Part shown: positions 53,988 to 62,871 of the stretch, piece by piece
How positions within the stretch are numbered: the first letter of the stretch is position 1
How the letters are laid out: each line of letters begins with the position of its first letter
IMG/VR virus record: IMGVR_UViG_3300045988_129927
Source of the DNA: a virus
DNA length: 64,000 nt
Direction: 5' to 3' (one strand)
Translations under genes and position numbers: made by a program
Notes under the pieces: generated by a model
Database searches by the model: none
What the model saw: the letters and a program-made list of their open reading frames with translations, nothing else
Told to the model about the DNA's origin: nothing

Positions 53988-54023
53988 TTACTCTATACTC
54001 CTGGGCTAACAGGAGTATAGAGT
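53988..54023. terminator. long hairpin upstream (minus sense) of the micro-ORF locus; terminator or leader structure
   Basis: 15-bp perfect stem TACTCTATACTCCTG/CAGGAGTATAGAGTA, loop GGCTAA. Confidence 0.5.
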
Positions 54024-54109
54024 AGTCGCTATTATGTTTTAATCTATAAAGAATTTATTTATTTCTTTATTACCATTTAAATAATATATACTCGAATTAA
54101 AATAGCTTA

Positions 54110-54146
54110 TTACTCTACTGGCCCCTATACGAGGTCAGTAGAGTAA
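54110..54146 (-). terminator. hairpin terminator after 54151..54807
   Basis: 14-bp stem TTACTCTACTGGCC/GGTCAGTAGAGTAA with one G-T pair, 9-nt loop. Confidence 0.65.
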
Positions 54147-54150
54147 ATAG

Positions 54151-54807
54151 TTACATGCAAGGTAAAGTATTGGTTTTACGTGGCTCAACAAACATGTTAA
54201 TTCGTTGAGTGTTTTCTAAAATCAAATAAAATTCATTGTGTGTGTTTAAATCATTTAGAATTTCTTTAACTTTAGTTTTATCAGTTACTAAGTAAGAGTT
54301 ATCACCTACATTAATAGAACTGATGGGAATAGGATGTGAAGTCTCTGTAGCACCTAAGTCAAACATGAAGTAACGACCTTTAGTTGGCAGTACCGTATCT
54401 TTAGGAGAACAGATATAATACATCACGCGTTTAAACTTACCGTTTTTAGAAGCAGTATTAAAGTAAGAAACAATCTTATTGTCCTTATCGTCACGAGTTA
54501 GACCTAATTTGGTTTTAATGTCTAAAACAGGTAATTGATAAGGTTTAATTACATCTTCTACACTATTAGTAGTAGCTTCTTCTACAACAGTGTTACCTGT
54601 TTCTTGTTTAACTTCTTCTTTTACTACTTCTTGTTTAGTTTCAGTAGGTTTATTTTGTTCTACTGTTGGTGTAGTAGTAGTCTGAGTTTGTGGTTTATCC
54701 ATTTTTGCTGAACAACTTACATTGATAAAAATGATACCAATTAAGAGTAGAGCAATAATACCTAATGTGATAAGTGGTTTTTTATTAAATGCAGATTTTA
54801 CTGGCAT
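54151..54807 (-). CDS. membrane-anchored protein with Thr/Gln/Glu/Val-rich linker
   Basis: TM LITLGIIALLLIGIIFINV, linker QTQTTTTPTVEQNKPTETKQEVVKEEVKQE, then a ~120-aa C-domain. Confidence 0.65.
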   Translation of the reverse strand: MPVKSAFNKKPLITLGIIALLLIGIIFINVSCSAKMDKPQTQTTTTPTVEQNKPTETKQEVVKEEVKQETGNTVVEEATTNSVEDVIKPYQLPVLDIKTKLGLTRDDKDNKIVSYFNTASKNGKFKRVMYYICSPKDTVLPTKGRYFMFDLGATETSHPIPISSINVGDNSYLVTDKTKVKEILNDLNTHNEFYLILENTQRINMFVEPRKTNTLPCM

Positions 54808-55451
54808 GTGTGTTTTCCTTTCGATGGATGGATGGTATTGAAACCACCTGCGTTATTGTTAATATCAAGAACTGGAGCTTCATCACAATGACAATCATGA
54901 GATGAATTATCCCAGTATGCTTTATTAAAGAACTGGATTTGTCCTTTTTCATCTTGCCAAGAGAAAGAGTGTACACTTAGCAATTCTTCTAGATAAGTGC
55001 GTTTACCATTTAAACCTAGAATTTGATAATAAGGCTTATTGACTAAAATCTTTACTTTATCGGAAGACATAAGATAAGAAGGACCACCTACTGCAACATC
55101 TACTAACATATGGTCGGTAGAGAACATTTGCCAAAGTTTAACAGTAGAAGAAGTAATGAGTTCAGTTCTTAGTTTATTGACACCATTTACTGGTTTTGCA
55201 GAAATAGTATAAATCTCAATATCTTCATGTACAGCACGTTTGAAACTAAAGTCTTGAGAGGGTAAATCTCTTTTTTGAATGAGTTTCAGTTTATGTAAAA
55301 GCTGCTCTACTGTTTGAATAGGACAAGGTGAACCTGCTAGTACTACTTCACCTGTTTGTGACATGTGCCATGTAGGTTGGTTAATGGAATCGTACAGTAA
55401 TTTATCTTTGGGCATTGAAGAGAGTTCTTCAATCAACATTCTTAAATTCAT
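54798..55451 (-). CDS. hypothetical protein
   Basis: 217 aa; the end overlaps the next start by 10 nt. TAATAGGAGTATCCTAA before the ATG. Confidence 0.65.
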   Translation of the reverse strand: MNLRMLIEELSSMPKDKLLYDSINQPTWHMSQTGEVVLAGSPCPIQTVEQLLHKLKLIQKRDLPSQDFSFKRAVHEDIEIYTISAKPVNGVNKLRTELITSSTVKLWQMFSTDHMLVDVAVGGPSYLMSSDKVKILVNKPYYQILGLNGKRTYLEELLSVHSFSWQDEKGQIQFFNKAYWDNSSHDCHCDEAPVLDINNNAGGFNTIHPSKGKHTCQ

Positions 55452-55524
55452 TTAGGATACTCCTATTAGGGGTGTAAATATAAATTCTCATAGAATTGCC
55501 CGATAAATAGACAAAAAAATAATA

Positions 55525-55556
55525 GACTACTACGAGGTTTTATCCCCGTAGTAGTC
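55525..55556 (-). terminator. hairpin terminator after kinase-MazG gene
   Basis: 10-bp stem GACTACTACG/CGTAGTAGTC. Confidence 0.6.
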
Positions 55557-55562
55557 CAATAC

Positions 55563-57050
55563 TTATTTACCTAACAAACCAGAAGCTTCAGATTCCTTAG
55601 AGTAGTCTCGGTTGATGCTATCTTCTACCGAGAATTTTTCAGGATAACGAGCTTTCAGTTTTTTGAATACTTTATCAGCAACAGTTTCCATATCCATATC
55701 GTGATAAAATGCCAATGAAGTTAACACAGTAAGAATTCTCTCAACTGTGTTCAAGAAATTGCTAAGCAACACACTTGTTAAAGGTTGACCGTAGAAGTAG
55801 TGTTTCTTATAATCATCGATTACAGAAGCAATACGAGACAATTCACTTTGGAATATTCCCATAAAGAAATCATCTTGATTAACATCTTTATCAATATGTA
55901 AAGAATAAGTAGTATTCAGTTTACAAGACGTGATATAGCTAACAATCTTGCTGCCACAGATATTGATACCTAATCTTTCCGCAATATTATCTTCAGAAGA
56001 AATAATCTTTTCAGTAATTACACGGTCAAGGTCATATAGTGCAATACCACAGTACCAAAGAGTATCACCTACTTCAGACAACATACATTGAACTTGCTCA
56101 TCTGTTAATGGTTTTTTCTCAAAGATAGCTCGTTTGGTTTCAACATCAAAAACTTCATTGAGTTCACCCAAGATACCTACCATGTCATGGAAGAGTGCTT
56201 TGCTGATGTCTGCATTATAGGTAGCATTAGTACGATTTGCTAACTGCATGAATTCATACCAACCCATACCACTAACATCTACTTTGCTAACCATACCATG
56301 CAATTCAGAAGCCAGTGTTTCTGGTTCTTCATTAGCTACATCGATAATCACGAATTTAGGTTTACCAATAACCAACCAGAAGAAAGAACTATAGTGTTTT
56401 TGATATTTCTCATGACTAGCCATAGACTCTTTGTCGAATGTTTTATCGTACTCTTCACCATTTAGTTTCTCTTTTGGAAGATTAAATGGTGTTTCACGAG
56501 TAACATTAACAAATACATCTACCATATTTTTAAGACATTTTACGTGACGGTGTTCTCTGTTTACAACTAATGTTTCAAGATTACTCACATTATTGTAAGA
56601 ATAACCGTAAATCAAAGAAGAAATAATAGTACGGTCTACCAACAAGTAAATATCTTTATTGGTTTTAATATTGTTCAAGAGCATACGTACTACGTGCAAT
56701 TGTTCAATCTTACCTTCGCAAATAAGTTGAACATTTGCTTCTCTGATATATTCAGATGTTGCATTTTCAATTACAATACCAGTATTGGTTTTTTTACCCA
56801 ATACAAGATCAATACCATGAGCAGTATGTTCACGAGCTTTTTGATAACGAGCTTGATATGGTGTCAGATAGTCTTTATCTACACCTTCAAATGAGAAGAT
56901 GTCGTATTCTTTACCATAAGTAGATTCGTCACCTGTAGGTTTATGGATAAATACCAAGTTACCTTCATTCTGAAGTTTCTTAGCATAAGCTTTAATCAAA
57001 GTAGTTTTACCTACGTTAGAGCTACCTTCAAATGCGATTACTTTAATCAT
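55563..57050 (-). CDS. fusion protein: thymidylate/dNMP kinase-like N-domain plus MazG-like NTP pyrophosphohydrolase C-domain
   Basis: N-domain: VIAFEGSSNVGKTTL (P-loop as in Tmk FEGxDGxGKTT) and LLVDRTIISSLIYGY (DR[YH] motif region). C-domain: ILGELNEV...SEVGDTLWYCGIAL, typical MazG helices. Confidence 0.65.
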   Translation of the reverse strand: MIKVIAFEGSSNVGKTTLIKAYAKKLQNEGNLVFIHKPTGDESTYGKEYDIFSFEGVDKDYLTPYQARYQKAREHTAHGIDLVLGKKTNTGIVIENATSEYIREANVQLICEGKIEQLHVVRMLLNNIKTNKDIYLLVDRTIISSLIYGYSYNNVSNLETLVVNREHRHVKCLKNMVDVFVNVTRETPFNLPKEKLNGEEYDKTFDKESMASHEKYQKHYSSFFWLVIGKPKFVIIDVANEEPETLASELHGMVSKVDVSGMGWYEFMQLANRTNATYNADISKALFHDMVGILGELNEVFDVETKRAIFEKKPLTDEQVQCMLSEVGDTLWYCGIALYDLDRVITEKIISSEDNIAERLGINICGSKIVSYITSCKLNTTYSLHIDKDVNQDDFFMGIFQSELSRIASVIDDYKKHYFYGQPLTSVLLSNFLNTVERILTVLTSLAFYHDMDMETVADKVFKKLKARYPEKFSVEDSINRDYSKESEASGLLGK

Positions 57051-57073
57051 TTTGGTTTCCTTTATTTAAGGGT

Positions 57074-57367
57074 TTAATTGGCTTCTTGTTGATTAAGAAG
57101 TTGTTTCACACGTCTAATAACATAGAGTGCATTTTTATCACCAAGGAGCATTTTAGTAACCTCCTTGTCAATAAATTCCTGACGACTATCGTCTTCACTG
57201 TCTACAATTGCTTGTGCTTTTATATCCAGTTTTTCAATTCTATCATTCTCTTCGATAGGTTTATTAATTTCATCAAAGTAAAATGAAAGTTTACCTAACC
57301 TACTTTTAGAATGTTGTCTCGTTAACATTGGTCTATCACCAATATTTAAATCAGTATTTACATCCAT
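57074..57367 (-). CDS. small hypothetical protein
   Basis: The track start 57382 lacks an RBS. ATG 57367 (MDVNTDLN) is preceded by AAAGGATATAAA. Confidence 0.55.
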   Translation of the reverse strand: MDVNTDLNIGDRPMLTRQHSKSRLGKLSFYFDEINKPIEENDRIEKLDIKAQAIVDSEDDSRQEFIDKEVTKMLLGDKNALYVIRRVKQLLNQQEAN

Positions 57368-57440
57368 TTTATATCCTTTCATGGAATAGATGTGATATAC
57401 ATCAAATGGAGATATATATCAAAGGAATATCTCATCAATT

Positions 57441-57459
57441 AAATAATATAGGTTTAAAA
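57441..57459 (-). promoter_or_regulatory. promoter-like motif instance (upstream of 57074..57367)
   Basis: Plus strand reads AAATAATATAGGTTTAAAA, directly downstream (minus sense) of terminator 57470..57503. Confidence 0.45.
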
Positions 57460-57469
57460 TAAATTAAAT

Positions 57470-57503
57470 ATACAGGTACCCTATTCATTTAGGGTACCTG
57501 TAT
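57470..57503 (-). terminator. hairpin terminator after 57510..58850
   Basis: 13-bp stem ATACAGGTACCCT/AGGGTACCTGTAT, 8-nt loop. Confidence 0.7.
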
Positions 57504-57509
57504 TCGCTA

Positions 57510-58850
57510 TTAATATTCTTTACAAAAGATAAACAAACCAGTAGTGGTTTCGTAAGCAGTAGAAGTCATGCCTTGACCAGTAGCTTGTGTATAATGGTGT
57601 GCTTTTAGTAACACTCCTTCAAGCATTAATTGCTCATTCTTCTCACCTGTATAATGGATACGCATAATAGAACCAGGTTTAACTAAATCTGGATTAGAGT
57701 TATTCCAAACCACAGAATAGAGTTTACCTACTTTACCTTCTAGAGTAGAGACTTGTTCGTACACATTGGTATTGATTTTAGCCTGTGCCAATGGCGCGTA
57801 TGTTACGTTATTGGGTGATTCGTTGATGATAAACTCATTAACAGATTGACCACGAGATACTAGTGCTTTATTACCATCTACTTTTACAGCATCATCTGTA
57901 TCTTGTACATTAAGATTAACAGTTCTTAAACCATTACCATGATTCAATAACTTAGCTGAATTATTATCTACTGATTCATTTTCTATTGTACCGATAATAT
58001 AAAGGTCATTACCTTCTATTCGATAAGTAACAGGTGTATGTTGTAATAAATCACGAGAAGTAACAAAGATATTAACATATCGTATTTTATTGTCTCGTCT
58101 ATCTAAACCAAACTTAGGATAGACATACCACATACCATTTTGGATATAGTGACTTAATCCTTTTTTATAAATACCATAAGAAAACTTTTGTAAGTAATTA
58201 GGTAAGTTAATCAAACGAGTAGTATGGGGTACAGGGATATTACGATAAGTATCTTGATTATCTGGTTCGACAATATCAATACCTTGTAATGCATCGTGGT
58301 TATCCAAACCTTCAATCTTAGAACCTTCGTTCATTAGCATGGTCACTAATGCTTCATCTACACGACAATCTACAAAATTAGTCCCTGCTTGAATAGTCAA
58401 TAGTTTTTCTACTAAGATAGGCACTAATTGAAAGTCTATCTTAATCACATCCATTTTATTCAAGTCTTCAGTGGAAGCATTTTGAGCAATAGCCATTACC
58501 TTACGAACATTGATTGGATTCTTACAGTATCCTTTATAACGCTGAATAGTTTGATACGTACTAATCGCACTGGGTGATTTTTGTACGGTAATTTCAATAT
58601 CGTCAATATAAGGATAAATCATGTCTGCCCAAATACCAGGAGATAACATTACTTCAATCGTGATTTCATCTGCTATGTTTTTATCATAGTCTCTTGAAAT
58701 ATCTAAAGACAAGACTTTTAAAGTACGATAAGTCACATTCTTTTTAATAACGTGTATATAAGCCTGTGTATAATCGTAAAAAGCAGGTGAATTACCTTTT
58801 GCTATTTTGATAATTTCACCATTAGCTGGATTGGTCATGTTATCAAACAT
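57510..58850 (-). CDS. hypothetical 446-aa protein, last gene of a tightly coupled four-gene block (structural module plausible)
   Basis: Its start lies 2 nt after the stop of the upstream gene. No motif recognised. Confidence 0.65.
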   Translation of the reverse strand: MFDNMTNPANGEIIKIAKGNSPAFYDYTQAYIHVIKKNVTYRTLKVLSLDISRDYDKNIADEITIEVMLSPGIWADMIYPYIDDIEITVQKSPSAISTYQTIQRYKGYCKNPINVRKVMAIAQNASTEDLNKMDVIKIDFQLVPILVEKLLTIQAGTNFVDCRVDEALVTMLMNEGSKIEGLDNHDALQGIDIVEPDNQDTYRNIPVPHTTRLINLPNYLQKFSYGIYKKGLSHYIQNGMWYVYPKFGLDRRDNKIRYVNIFVTSRDLLQHTPVTYRIEGNDLYIIGTIENESVDNNSAKLLNHGNGLRTVNLNVQDTDDAVKVDGNKALVSRGQSVNEFIINESPNNVTYAPLAQAKINTNVYEQVSTLEGKVGKLYSVVWNNSNPDLVKPGSIMRIHYTGEKNEQLMLEGVLLKAHHYTQATGQGMTSTAYETTTGLFIFCKEY

Positions 58851-58852
58851 AC

Positions 58853-59470
58853 TTAACCTCTAACCTTTTCTGAAATCTTACCCATCTCTGCTAAATGAGG
58901 TGCCATCTCTTGTTGGTTTCTCATCTCTTCGATAAGCTCAGTTTTCTCTTTCTCACGAGTGAACAAATCGTAACCTGTATACACACCACTAACACTAAAG
59001 GATTGATTAATCGCATTAATGGTTTCAGTAATGTCTCTATCATTATTACGGTCACGTACTTTATAAATCACTGTAGCCATTTCAGATAAATCCCTTAAAT
59101 CCTTATAAGGAACTTTACCTAGTAAATGGTTAATCCCTCTACACTCTTCTACATATTCTCGCCACTCAATTAAGTGTTCATGAATAATCGTATACATTAA
59201 GTGTTCTTGACTAGAATCGACTAAATAAAATGGAATCTGTTTTCTAAATAATTCCAATAGCTTAGGAATCTTTAGAGCTACAGTGACTTTCTCATGAGCA
59301 TTACACCTATCATCATGTTCATCACCAGATGTAATCATCCCATAACGCTGAATTTCACCAATATCAATCAAATCAATATAAGCCACTCGTACTACGAATG
59401 GTGTATTGAATAATCGATAAACAGAAGAATTCATTTCATCACGAGTAAGATATCTTCTTTTTTCTTCCAC
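58853..59470 (-). CDS. hypothetical 205-aa protein
   Basis: GTG start directly after the upstream TAA, with AAGGAG 7 nt upstream. Confidence 0.6.
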   Translation of the reverse strand: MEEKRRYLTRDEMNSSVYRLFNTPFVVRVAYIDLIDIGEIQRYGMITSGDEHDDRCNAHEKVTVALKIPKLLELFRKQIPFYLVDSSQEHLMYTIIHEHLIEWREYVEECRGINHLLGKVPYKDLRDLSEMATVIYKVRDRNNDRDITETINAINQSFSVSGVYTGYDLFTREKEKTELIEEMRNQQEMAPHLAEMGKISEKVRG

Positions 59471-60826
59471 TTACATTCTCCTTACACCATAGTGGATTAA
59501 AATCATCAGAGTAGGAATAAAATAGTATTGTTCCATTTCACCCCAGTTTTCTACATCTTTTACCAATGCTTCTAAAGTCTCAATATCTAATGTATCGTCA
59601 TTAAGATATTTTCTTAGTTGTAATTCTAAGTGAGATTGTCCTTCTAGTGAATCTTTATAAAAGTCACGAGAGAATACATAAGAATCGTTCATCAGTACCT
59701 GATTGATTAAAGGAATACCTTGGTACGTATGCATTCTGGTTTTAGAAACATCATTTGTAATGGTAATTGCTTTACCAATAATGTCTTTATGGTTTAGATA
59801 GAGTTCATTGGTATAACTTACTTCTACAGGCATAACGACACAACTAAAGCCTGAAAAACGAATCATAGCAAATTGGGGAATATTACTAAAAGAACTACTC
59901 GGTACAGCTACAGCTTTAGTGAATATTTCTTTTAATAAGTATTTATCACGAGTATGGATAACATCCCAAATACTAGGATTCTTTAAAATAGAGAACTGAG
60001 AGTCATCGAAGATTTTAAAATACATCATCTCAGGTGTATTACACACACTAAACCATTTACGAATGGCTTTCATGTAAAAACCATCGTAAGTAACGTGTGA
60101 TTGATTCGGTAATACACAAGTTTCTAACATACGAGAATAGAACTTACGAAACCACAATACTCTTAGTCTATCGTACTCTTCTAAAAGCTCTTCAAACAAA
60201 GCAGCTTTCTTAGGAGAAATTAAAGGATTCTGACCTGCTTTTAAATAGTCTTTAGAATACTTAAATACTTCGACTGTTTTCTTATTTAAGTCAAGCATTC
60301 TCGGGTCATTTAATTGGTCAGTAATTTCAAATGACAAAGAGAATTGGATTTCGTATAAAGTATTGGTACGATGGGTCATACGGCGAGTACTATTAATACC
60401 AAACCAACCTAATGTACCTCTACCAAAGTCCATTAACATAATATCCCCTACATTGGGAATAATAGGTTGTTCAATCAGTGCTTCACCTGTAATCTCAGTA
60501 GTTCTAATGTCACTACCATTATTGGAAGTAGACAAACCAGATTGCATGACGATTTCTAATCCATCAATTCTTTCGTATTGCTGATGAGCAGCAGAAGTAT
60601 CTTGAGAGTATTGTGATACTGAATCGTCTCGACCTAATCTTTGTCTAAAGTAAATCACCTTTTGGTGAGAACCCTCTACATAACGGATTAAGGTATCTAG
60701 TCGGTTATTTCTATTATCGACTACTGCTGTTTTGAAATCAGTAGGAACAATCTTTGGTTTTTCAATAAACTCATGTACGGGTTTTGCCTGTTCTGGTTTA
60801 TATTTATCAGTAATTAAAGTAGGCAT
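59471..60826 (-). CDS. hypothetical 451-aa protein
   Basis: TAAATG junction with the upstream gene. AAGGAGAGG RBS inside the upstream coding end. Confidence 0.65.
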   Translation of the reverse strand: MPTLITDKYKPEQAKPVHEFIEKPKIVPTDFKTAVVDNRNNRLDTLIRYVEGSHQKVIYFRQRLGRDDSVSQYSQDTSAAHQQYERIDGLEIVMQSGLSTSNNGSDIRTTEITGEALIEQPIIPNVGDIMLMDFGRGTLGWFGINSTRRMTHRTNTLYEIQFSLSFEITDQLNDPRMLDLNKKTVEVFKYSKDYLKAGQNPLISPKKAALFEELLEEYDRLRVLWFRKFYSRMLETCVLPNQSHVTYDGFYMKAIRKWFSVCNTPEMMYFKIFDDSQFSILKNPSIWDVIHTRDKYLLKEIFTKAVAVPSSSFSNIPQFAMIRFSGFSCVVMPVEVSYTNELYLNHKDIIGKAITITNDVSKTRMHTYQGIPLINQVLMNDSYVFSRDFYKDSLEGQSHLELQLRKYLNDDTLDIETLEALVKDVENWGEMEQYYFIPTLMILIHYGVRRM

Positions 60827-62491
60827 TTACCTCTCCTTAGGATGGCTAATATTGGTTGTATTGAATGTTTGTACAGTTTTGTGTGTATTAAGAATAGAAG
60901 GATGGTCTTTACCCCAGTCTCTATTATTCTTAATCATGTCAGGCATTCTATTACCAGAAATATACTCGATGATTCTAAAGTAAAGTTCAGAATATTTATC
61001 ATTAACACATTCTACTTCTCTAAAGAATCTATCATCAGGATGGCGACGAATACCCAGTTGACATTCATTGTAAGCATATCTATCTTTAAAGGTAAAGAAG
61101 TGACATTTACCTTTTTCACGGCACCATTTCTTCAATCTTTCAATAGCATCTGTATCTAAGTATTTCCAATCATGGTAAATTCCTAAACGAATATTATAAA
61201 TCTTAGCAATATCAATCTCACCATTTAGATATACTTTACCTGTTTCATCAATCTTAATAAAGTCTCTTCTTAACATGGCGTTATTTTCGTAAACACATAA
61301 CTGGAATACAGACTTTCCTTTGTGTAACATGTAGTCTTTTTCAGAAACAATGAAAGCTTTTAAATCTTCGTCAATATCGTAACCTTGTGGGTTATTTAAA
61401 TCTAGGATTAAATCACCTTCTTTATCTTCAGGTAAGAATAATACCAATTGGTCTACAAATCTCTCTAACCCAACAATAGAATGCGATTGTAGAGGTTGGA
61501 ATTCATTCCACCTAGGTACAGTAATACCATTGTAATCATCCCATTCAGCATTATCTCGAATAGCTGAATATTGGTCTAAGAAATAACCTGAATTGGTATA
61601 GTGAGTTTGATTTTCAGGAAACTTAACTTCATCTGGTTTAGTAGTCTCTACCTCACCATCGTCATCAATACCCATAATGGAATCCGGTAGCACTTGATTG
61701 TAAATAGTTCTAGGTACCCAGATAGAAACATCAGTAGGTTTTTGATAACGTAATAAGTAATCAAAAGAAACAATCCAAGAAGTCGCACCATCGGCTTTAT
61801 CACCTTCTTCAATTGCACCATCAAAGTTAAAATAACCGAATACTTGTTGTTGGATTTCAGAAACAACAAAGATAGTATTCACACCTGCTGAATCAGAAGC
61901 AGTACCAAATCTTCTAATAAAATATTCTTGAAACCAATCTGATACATTACTCACTGTTTTATCTTGATTACGGATTAGACGATAGACTTCTGTCAATATG
62001 TAAATGAATTGTTCAGGTATCTCGTATGAGTATTCTAAGTTATGTGGAAATGCGTCTCTGTATCTTCTAATCTTCGATTTAATGCTGTTTAACCACATCC
62101 TAGCAGCTGCTTTAGAAGGTGCCCTGTATGAGATATTCAAACGCATTTCTACATCTGAATAATAAGGTGTGATGGATGTTTGTGTTTTATCGTGTAAAAA
62201 ACAAGGATGGAATTCTTGGTCGTAATGTTGGTATTGTAAGAAAGTATTATTACGATACTCCTCAGTAACCGATAAGGTAATTAAAGGATTAGATGTCGTA
62301 TTGATTCCTTCTCTACCTAATTCGTGTGTAGCAGTACCATTTTCTTTACGCACACCTTCTTCGTCAATATAAACAATATTAATATTATCAGGAAAGATAT
62401 CTAAGTATTCTTTTAAGTCTCGTACCACCTTTAGTACAATGGGTCGAGTAATACTGGCTTTTTCATTCCTGATGGGTAATTGTAATAACAT
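60827..62491 (-). CDS. hypothetical 554-aa protein, first gene of the four-gene block
   Basis: TATATAGTAAAGGACATACT before the ATG. A variant promoter-like motif lies at 62514..62532. Confidence 0.65.
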   Translation of the reverse strand: MLLQLPIRNEKASITRPIVLKVVRDLKEYLDIFPDNINIVYIDEEGVRKENGTATHELGREGINTTSNPLITLSVTEEYRNNTFLQYQHYDQEFHPCFLHDKTQTSITPYYSDVEMRLNISYRAPSKAAARMWLNSIKSKIRRYRDAFPHNLEYSYEIPEQFIYILTEVYRLIRNQDKTVSNVSDWFQEYFIRRFGTASDSAGVNTIFVVSEIQQQVFGYFNFDGAIEEGDKADGATSWIVSFDYLLRYQKPTDVSIWVPRTIYNQVLPDSIMGIDDDGEVETTKPDEVKFPENQTHYTNSGYFLDQYSAIRDNAEWDDYNGITVPRWNEFQPLQSHSIVGLERFVDQLVLFLPEDKEGDLILDLNNPQGYDIDEDLKAFIVSEKDYMLHKGKSVFQLCVYENNAMLRRDFIKIDETGKVYLNGEIDIAKIYNIRLGIYHDWKYLDTDAIERLKKWCREKGKCHFFTFKDRYAYNECQLGIRRHPDDRFFREVECVNDKYSELYFRIIEYISGNRMPDMIKNNRDWGKDHPSILNTHKTVQTFNTTNISHPKER

Positions 62492-62513
62492 AGTATGTCC
62501 TTTACTATATAAT

Positions 62514-62532
62514 TAGTAGTCATACGTTTAAA
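62514..62532 (-). promoter_or_regulatory. variant promoter-like motif (TAGTCATAC subtype) upstream of 60827..62491
   Basis: Plus strand reads TAGTAGTCATACGTTTAAA. The same TAGTCATAC core occurs at 49324..49334 at a similar distance from the ATG of 48769..49299. Confidence 0.3.
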
Positions 62533-62626
62533 GGAAAATCAAATGGATAATCAGAGTAAGCATCTAACAGATATTGAAGAATATACACTATGTTTATAGA
62601 TAAACTAAAAAAATCATTCACGTGGT

Positions 62627-62665
62627 AAAAAAAAGATACCCACCCCGAACGAAGGGTGAGTATCT
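62627..62665 (-). terminator. strong intrinsic terminator ending the ORF-less transcript
   Basis: 12-position stem AGATACCCACCC/GGGTGAGTATCT with one mismatch, 8-nt loop. On the minus strand it is followed by eight T (62627..62634). Confidence 0.8.
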
Positions 62666-62871
62666 AAAGCGGAGATTACTAGTAATTTTAACCAAGAGCA
62701 ATTAAGGCAGAAAGGGAAGAGGAAACACCTTATTACTCTAGATTAAAATAGTGCATTTTCGGGAGCACACCTGCACTAGGGTGTGTATTGCTTTATTTAA
62801 CGTCCTGCAATATTCAGACGTAGGAGAAATGATATGAAGAAAGAATAGAACATAATTCCACTCTTTCACTT
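62627..62871 (-). ncRNA. candidate small RNA / micro-ORF transcript (about 240 nt) with own promoter-like motif and strong intrinsic terminator
   Basis: Promoter-like motif at 62872..62890. It contains no ORF longer than 18 codons and is locally GC-richer with several stems. It ends in a 12-bp hairpin followed by eight T (minus sense). Confidence 0.35.

Noticed and set aside
54785-54976. 63-aa minus-strand ORF overlapping the end of 54798..55451 and the start of 54151..54807.
   Set aside because: It is off-frame inside a longer gene. It has no RBS and a low-complexity product.
62635-62665. tRNA-like T-arm (CACCC-TTCGTTCG-GGGTG on the minus strand).
   Set aside because: The loop is 8 nt and lacks the conserved A58 position. 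No acceptor, D or anticodon arms can be drawn around it. The stem extends to 12 bp and is followed by eight U, so it is a terminator. No tRNA genes were found elsewhere (no GGTTCGAATCC-type boxes with flanking stems).
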